From assembly GCA_963508915.1 (NCBI GenBank), contig CAUOZE010000007.1:55-64054 (forward strand): DNA of 64,000 nucleotides. Direction: 5' to 3'. This document shows positions 59,890 through 64,000 of this stretch, one piece after another. The notes under the pieces were generated by a model, which made no database searches, was not told the DNA's origin, and saw only the letters and a list, made by a program, of their open reading frames with translations. Positions within the stretch are counted from its first letter, which is position 1. Each line of letters begins with the position of its first letter. Source of the DNA: an uncultured Deefgea sp. (GTDB lineage Bacteria > Pseudomonadota > Gammaproteobacteria > Burkholderiales > Chitinibacteraceae). Made by a program: the position numbers and the translations under genes.

Positions 59890-59935
59890 CATGTAGGCAA
59901 AAAATACTGAATTTGCCTACATAGTGCCTACATGA
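59890..59935. repeat. Integrase arm-type binding sites (right)
   Basis: CATGTAGGCAAAA plus AATTTGCCTACATAGTGCCTACATGA, identical to the left-end motifs. Confidence 0.8.
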
Positions 59936-59942
59936 GATTTTG

Positions 59943-60040
59943 GAGCGGAAATGAACAAGGCCCCAACTTTCGTTGAGGCCTTGATTTTACTGGGGTGGCT
60001 GATGGGGCTCGAACCCACGACAACAGGAATCACAATCCTG
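59943..60040. repeat. att site (tRNA-proximal copy)
   Basis: 98-bp repeat of 35999-36096. Confidence 0.95.
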
Positions 60041-60067
60041 GACTCTACCAACTGAGCTACAGCCACC
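59991..60067 (-). tRNA. tRNA-His (GTG)
   Basis: GGTGGCTGTAGCTCAGTTGGTAGAGTCCAGGA-TTGTGAT-TCCTG...TTCGAGCCCCATCAGCCACCCCA, with G-1. Confidence 0.97.
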
Positions 60068-60103
60068 ACAAAACTTTTATAATCTTCGAATTCTCGGCAT
60101 GCT

Positions 60104-60180
60104 TGGCGCACCCGACAGGAATCGAACCTGTAACCTACGACTTAGAAGGTCGTTGCTCTATCCGGTTGAGCTACGGGAGC
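60104..60180 (-). tRNA. tRNA-Arg (TCT)
   Basis: GCTCCCGTAGCTCAACCGGATAGAGCAACGAC-CTTCTAA-GTCGT...TTCGATT...GCCA. Confidence 0.95.
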
Positions 60181-60204
60181 TCCGTATTTACTAATAAGTG
60201 TTTC

Positions 60205-60281
60205 TGGTCGGGGCGGTGGGATTCGAACTCACGACCACCTGGTCCCAAACCAGGTGCGCTACCGGGCTGCGCTACGCCCCG
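60205..60281 (-). tRNA. tRNA-Pro (TGG)
   Basis: CGGGGCGTAGCGCAGCCCGGTAGCGCACCTGG-TTTGGGA-CCAGG...TTCGAAT...ACCA. Confidence 0.95.
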
Positions 60282-60293
60282 AACAGAGGCCGA

Positions 60294-60322
60294 ACTATAC
60301 GTTGCCAAATTCTCCGCGTCAA
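60294..60322 (-). promoter_or_regulatory. sigma70 promoter of the tRNA operon
   Basis: Minus strand TTGACG-N17-TATAGT followed by a GC-rich discriminator. Confidence 0.8.
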
Positions 60323-60422
60323 CACCCTGTGCGAACTTTTTTTTGAAAATGTTGAAATGATGAGAAAAAAAGTTCAAATGATGAGAAAATGCGCTCCTCA
60401 TTGAATATGCCGGAGTAAGCCC

Positions 60423-61277
60423 ATGACCGCCCAGATCCTCGATGGTAAAGCCATTTCTCAAGAAATCGTTAGCGAAGTTCGCTTGAAAGTCGACGCGCGT
60501 GTCGCGAGCGGCAAGCGTGCGCCTGCCTTGGCGGTGATTTTGGTAGGTAGCGATCCGGCTTCACAGGTGTACGTGGGCAATAAAAAACGCCAATGTGAAA
60601 ACGCCGGTATTACGTCGTTTGCCTATGATTTGCCTGCCGATACGTCGGAAGCCGATGTGTTGAAATTGGTTGCTGAACTCAATACGCGGGATGACGTGGA
60701 TGGCATTTTGGTGCAATTGCCGCTACCGAAGCATATTGATGCCGATAAAGTGATCGAGTTGATCGACCCGATTAAGGATGTCGACGGTTTCCATCCCTAC
60801 AATATTGGCCGCTTGGTATTGAAAATGCCTTTGCTGCGCCCTTGCACGCCGCGTGGCGTGATGACTTTGCTGGAAAAAACTGGCATTGATTTGGTCGGTA
60901 AAGATGCGGTGGTGGTGGGCGCGAGCAATATTGTAGGCCGCCCACAAGCGCTAGAGCTTTTGCTGGCGCGTGCGACGGTGACGGTCTGCCACAGCAAAAC
61001 CAAAGATTTGGCCGAAAAAGTTCGCGGCGCGGATGTTGTGGTTGCAGGCGTGGGTATCCCGAACTTTGTTAAAGGTGAGTGGATTAAAGAAGGCGCGATT
61101 GTGATCGACGTGGGTATCAATCGTCTTGAAACCGGCAAATTGTGCGGCGACGTGGAGTTTGACGTGGCGAAAGAGCGCGCCAGCTGGATTACGCCAGTGC
61201 CGGGCGGTGTTGGTCTGATGACGGTGGCCACCCTAATGCAGAATACATACGACGCTTGCGTAAATCGGAATGGGTAA
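60423..61277 (+). CDS. folD: Methylenetetrahydrofolate dehydrogenase/cyclohydrolase
   Basis: [32 protein letters not shown]. Confidence 0.98.
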   Translation: MTAQILDGKAISQEIVSEVRLKVDARVASGKRAPALAVILVGSDPASQVYVGNKKRQCENAGITSFAYDLPADTSEADVLKLVAELNTRDDVDGILVQLPLPKHIDADKVIELIDPIKDVDGFHPYNIGRLVLKMPLLRPCTPRGVMTLLEKTGIDLVGKDAVVVGASNIVGRPQALELLLARATVTVCHSKTKDLAEKVRGADVVVAGVGIPNFVKGEWIKEGAIVIDVGINRLETGKLCGDVEFDVAKERASWITPVPGGVGLMTVATLMQNTYDACVNRNG

Positions 61278-61372
61278 GGTGCGAGGCGTGAGGTGTGAGG
61301 GGTAAAGTCAACAGCTTTAAACCATCGCACCATAACGCTTTTACTCCTAACACCTCACCCCTAACACCTAAC
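61278..61372. repeat. Heptamer-repeat imperfect inverted element
   Basis: GGTGCGA-GGCGTGA-GGTGTGA-GGGGTAAA / TTTTACTCCTAACACCTCACCCCTAACACCTAAC. Confidence 0.6.
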
Positions 61373-61383
61373 AAGGTTTCAAC

Positions 61384-62415
61384 ATGGCTTACCAACTCGC
61401 AAAACCCCTGTTATTCATGATGGAAGCGGAGCGCGCGCATCATGTGGCATTTAAGGGGCTTGGCTTACTCCAAAGCATGGGCTTTTTGCGCACGCTCACG
61501 CCAACGGTGCAAGACAATCCCGTCACGGTGATGGGTGTTGAATTTCCAAATCCAGTCGGCTTGGCGGCTGGTTTGGATAAAAACGGCGATTACATCGATA
61601 GCTTGGGCGAGTTGGGCTTTGGCTTTTTAGAAATCGGTACGGTGACGCCACGCCCGCAGCCGGGCAATCCAAAGCCACGTTTGTTCCGCCTGCCCGAGGC
61701 ACGCGCGATTATTAACCGTATGGGTTTTAATAATGGCGGCGTGGATAATCTGCTCACGAATGTAGCTGCAAGCCAGTATAAGGGTGTACTTGGTATTAAT
61801 ATTGGCAAGAACGCCGATACCCCGATGGAAAAAGCAGTTGATGATTATTTGATCGGCTTGCGCAAAGTCTACGCGCAGGCGAGCTATGTCACCGTGAACA
61901 TCTCCAGCCCGAACACCAAAAATCTACGCCAATTGCAGCAAGCGGATGAATTTGGCGCGCTGTTGTCGGCCTTGAAACTGGAACAAACTAAATTGGCCGA
62001 TGAACATGGCCGTTATGTACCGATTGCTGTCAAAATTGCGCCAGACTTGGACAACAACCAAATCCAAGAAATCGGCCAACTGTTGATGGCGCACAAAATC
62101 GATGGCGTCATTGCGACCAATACTACGCTGTCGCGCACGGGTGTTGAGCATTTGCCTCATGGCCAAGAAGCCGGTGGTTTGTCGGGTGAGCCAGTACGGG
62201 CCAAATCAACCTCTGTGATTCGCGAACTCGCGCAAGTGCTTGATGGCGCATTGCCGATTATTGGCGTGGGCGGGATTGTGTCTGGCGACGACGCCGCTGA
62301 GAAAATCCGCGCTGGTGCTGCCTTGGTGCAAGTGTATAGCGGCCTGATTTATGAAGGCCCGCAATTGATTGCCGATTGCGCCGAAGCGATTGCCAAACAC
62401 CAACAGCACCGTTAA
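61384..62415 (+). CDS. pyrD: Dihydroorotate dehydrogenase (quinone)
   Basis: [30 protein letters not shown]. Confidence 0.98.
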   Translation: MAYQLAKPLLFMMEAERAHHVAFKGLGLLQSMGFLRTLTPTVQDNPVTVMGVEFPNPVGLAAGLDKNGDYIDSLGELGFGFLEIGTVTPRPQPGNPKPRLFRLPEARAIINRMGFNNGGVDNLLTNVAASQYKGVLGINIGKNADTPMEKAVDDYLIGLRKVYAQASYVTVNISSPNTKNLRQLQQADEFGALLSALKLEQTKLADEHGRYVPIAVKIAPDLDNNQIQEIGQLLMAHKIDGVIATNTTLSRTGVEHLPHGQEAGGLSGEPVRAKSTSVIRELAQVLDGALPIIGVGGIVSGDDAAEKIRAGAALVQVYSGLIYEGPQLIADCAEAIAKHQQHR

Positions 62416-62449
62416 TTGCACGATTTGATTTTGAAGAAGGGCGTCACCG

Positions 62450-62836
62450 TTGAAAGCTCAAGACGAAGCAATAACGCAAACCGTACTCACTTTTGCCCAG
62501 CCCGTGCTGGTCGGTTTGCCCAAGCCATGCAGTAAAGAGCAATTCGCCGGCGTCATGCGCACCGTGTTGACGGTGTGGAATGCGGTGGTGAAAGATGGTT
62601 TAGATGGCGGCGATAAACATGAAACCGCCGTATTGGCGACGATTGCCGCCGCACCGAAGCCAGTTCAGTTGATGGTGAAGCGGCTGATCAAACGTAAAAA
62701 AACCAAGTTCGCCGATTTCGATCAAGTTATTGGTCAGCATTGGGTGCATGAGCAAGGTGGAGAAGTGTTGTTTGGCTGCGAGGTGGCGGTCGTTGAGCCG
62801 CCAGCGCTAAGTGGTGTGCCATTTAAGGTGAAGTAA
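62450..62836 (+). CDS. Hypothetical protein
   Basis: 128-aa ORF with TTG start; stop abuts the next start. Confidence 0.65.
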   Translation: MKAQDEAITQTVLTFAQPVLVGLPKPCSKEQFAGVMRTVLTVWNAVVKDGLDGGDKHETAVLATIAAAPKPVQLMVKRLIKRKKTKFADFDQVIGQHWVHEQGGEVLFGCEVAVVEPPALSGVPFKVK

Positions 62837-63591
62837 TGGGGGGATTGCTGAAGCGGTGTAATTGGATTTATGTGGCACTTGTAGTCATTGCTGTTATCTG
62901 TGCTATTGCGATTCTTTCATGGTTTTTCACTTTTAAAACCTCACTTTTCTCGAGTGATCCGAAGGGATGGGCTGACTTCGGTACTTATGTTGGTGGCGTG
63001 CTTTCCCCATTGTTTGCCGCCGCTGCATTTCTAGGATTATGGAAAACAATTCAGCAGCAAACTGAAGCTCATAATAAGCAGAAAATAGACGTTGACTCAG
63101 AAAGCTATTTCAAGCATGCAGTGCAAAATCTTGAACGGGCTTATGAAGCGATTGCTCCATTATCTGGCGATGCAATGCCTGTGCGAGATCGACTTGCGTG
63201 GTTAACCTGCGCTAGATTGTTGTTGGCGGCTAAATCAAGCTCCTGCAGAATTCATCATGAGTGTGAAGGTCTTTGTCAGCTTTATGCTGGTGAAGAGGAG
63301 TATTGGCGACATAAATTTTATAAGCTTTTACACCATGAAGGAACATCAGGGATTGGGAGGGATTGTCTTTTTTTTCAAGGAGATAAGGTCAAAAAAATAG
63401 CTGAAATAGCAGAGGAATCAATCAGGGTAATCTATGAGTTTAGTGCTTGGCGGAACGATCAGGCTGATCCATTGCTGAGTATTCCGAAATACACTCAGAG
63501 TGAGTTAGATGGTGTGAAATTTTCTTGTGAAATGGCTGGAATCAAGAAATATATTCTATCTAAAGGTCGTTTTAAATCACCCAATCGGTAG
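62836..63591 (+). CDS. Membrane-anchored hypothetical protein
   Basis: Two N-terminal TMs with WADFGTYVGGVLSPL, then a soluble helical domain. Confidence 0.7.
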   Translation: MGGLLKRCNWIYVALVVIAVICAIAILSWFFTFKTSLFSSDPKGWADFGTYVGGVLSPLFAAAAFLGLWKTIQQQTEAHNKQKIDVDSESYFKHAVQNLERAYEAIAPLSGDAMPVRDRLAWLTCARLLLAAKSSSCRIHHECEGLCQLYAGEEEYWRHKFYKLLHHEGTSGIGRDCLFFQGDKVKKIAEIAEESIRVIYEFSAWRNDQADPLLSIPKYTQSELDGVKFSCEMAGIKKYILSKGRFKSPNR

Positions 63592-63613
63592 ATCGATTTG
63601 GTTAGGTTTTATC

Positions 63614-63640
63614 GTTCGCGCAAAGAAAGGCGACCCGGGG
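63614..63640 (-). repeat. Deleted relative of the 26.3 kb hairpin element
   Basis: Reverse complement reads CCGGGTCGCCTTTCTTTGCGCGAAC, versus CGGTCGCCTTCTTTTGC at 26358. Confidence 0.4.
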
Positions 63641-63835
63641 CGAACCCGGCTCCGCCGTTCCCTTGCTCGTCGTGAGCCAAACATAAAACCGTTTGTCTCC
63701 CTCCTCGCGCGGTGTTCGCTTGAACGGGTTGAAAAGCATTCATCCACCTGATGCGTGCTTGGTGAGTGAAGTTCTGAGTTAAGAATTAATCAATCTTTGA
63801 ATTTGATTTTGTTTGATGTATCACTGCCTAGTCAG

Positions 63836-63927
63836 GTAGGGCGGGTTAGTTTTATCAACCCGCGCGGATCGCAATGTTTAAAGGCCAAGTTAGATTGGCG
63901 GGTTACGCCTAAAGGCTAACCCGCCCT
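63836..63927. repeat. GTAG-family REP doublet (REPIN-like)
   Basis: GTAGGGCGGGTTAG...AACCCGC and inverted GGCGGGTTACGCCTAAAGGCTAACCCGCCCT. Confidence 0.7.
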
Positions 63928-64000
63928 TGTATCTTTCTCTCCGTGGTGGTTAGCTACTACCACATGAGGCGAAGTGAGTTTGAACCCACCCTTAAGGCAT

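Larger units (their letters stand above)
35999..60040. mobile_element. ~24 kb integrative genomic island (defence island) in tRNA-His
   Basis: 98-bp att repeats, tyrosine integrase, arm-type repeats at both ends, xis/rep module, R-M and TA cargo. Confidence 0.95.

Noticed and set aside
35999-60040. Island as a prophage or ICE
   Set aside because: No structural, terminase, lysis, relaxase or T4SS genes are recognisable.
60104-60281. Single stem mismatches in tRNA-Arg (U3:U70) and tRNA-Pro (T-stem A:C)
   Set aside because: Isolated mismatches are tolerated and all other features and CCA ends are intact, so pseudogene status is not supported.
59917-60461. ORFs over the tRNA cluster
   Set aside because: They overlap three well-formed tRNA genes and their promoter.

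Overview
Chromosomal window of a betaproteobacterium, probably Neisseriales-like (inferred from gene order and a Correia-like repeat). 1-14 kb: 3' end of tuf, then the S10, spc and alpha ribosomal clusters with secY and rpoA. infA is absent from its usual secY-rpmJ slot. 14-36 kb: housekeeping genes (HDOD protein, apaH, pilBCD-coaE-zapD-yacG, ccsA-like gene, ffh, rpsP-rimM-trmD-rplS, argP/argO, sbcB, btsSR-cstA-ybdD, a PPase-like gene) plus several small palindromic repeats. 36.0-60.0 kb: a ~24 kb island integrated in tRNA-His, bounded by a 98-bp direct repeat. Its backbone has a tyrosine integrase with arm-type and IHF sites, higBA, a xis-HTH-rep operon and an iteron-like array. No capsid, terminase, relaxase or conjugation genes are visible. 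Its cargo looks like a defence arsenal: a type I R-M system with inserted genes and two micro-ORFs, an HD-phosphohydrolase/GHKL-ATPase fusion, an MNT gene whose partner has decayed, and a UDG-superfamily-like glycosylase. It also carries a translationally coupled pair encoding a PLD-nuclease/J-domain fusion and a protein with 14 Trp-rich 25-aa repeats. That pair is my best candidate for an undescribed system. 60-64 kb: tRNA-Pro/Arg/His operon, folD, pyrD, two hypothetical genes and REP-like elements. All calls come from reading motifs by eye; no database searches were run.
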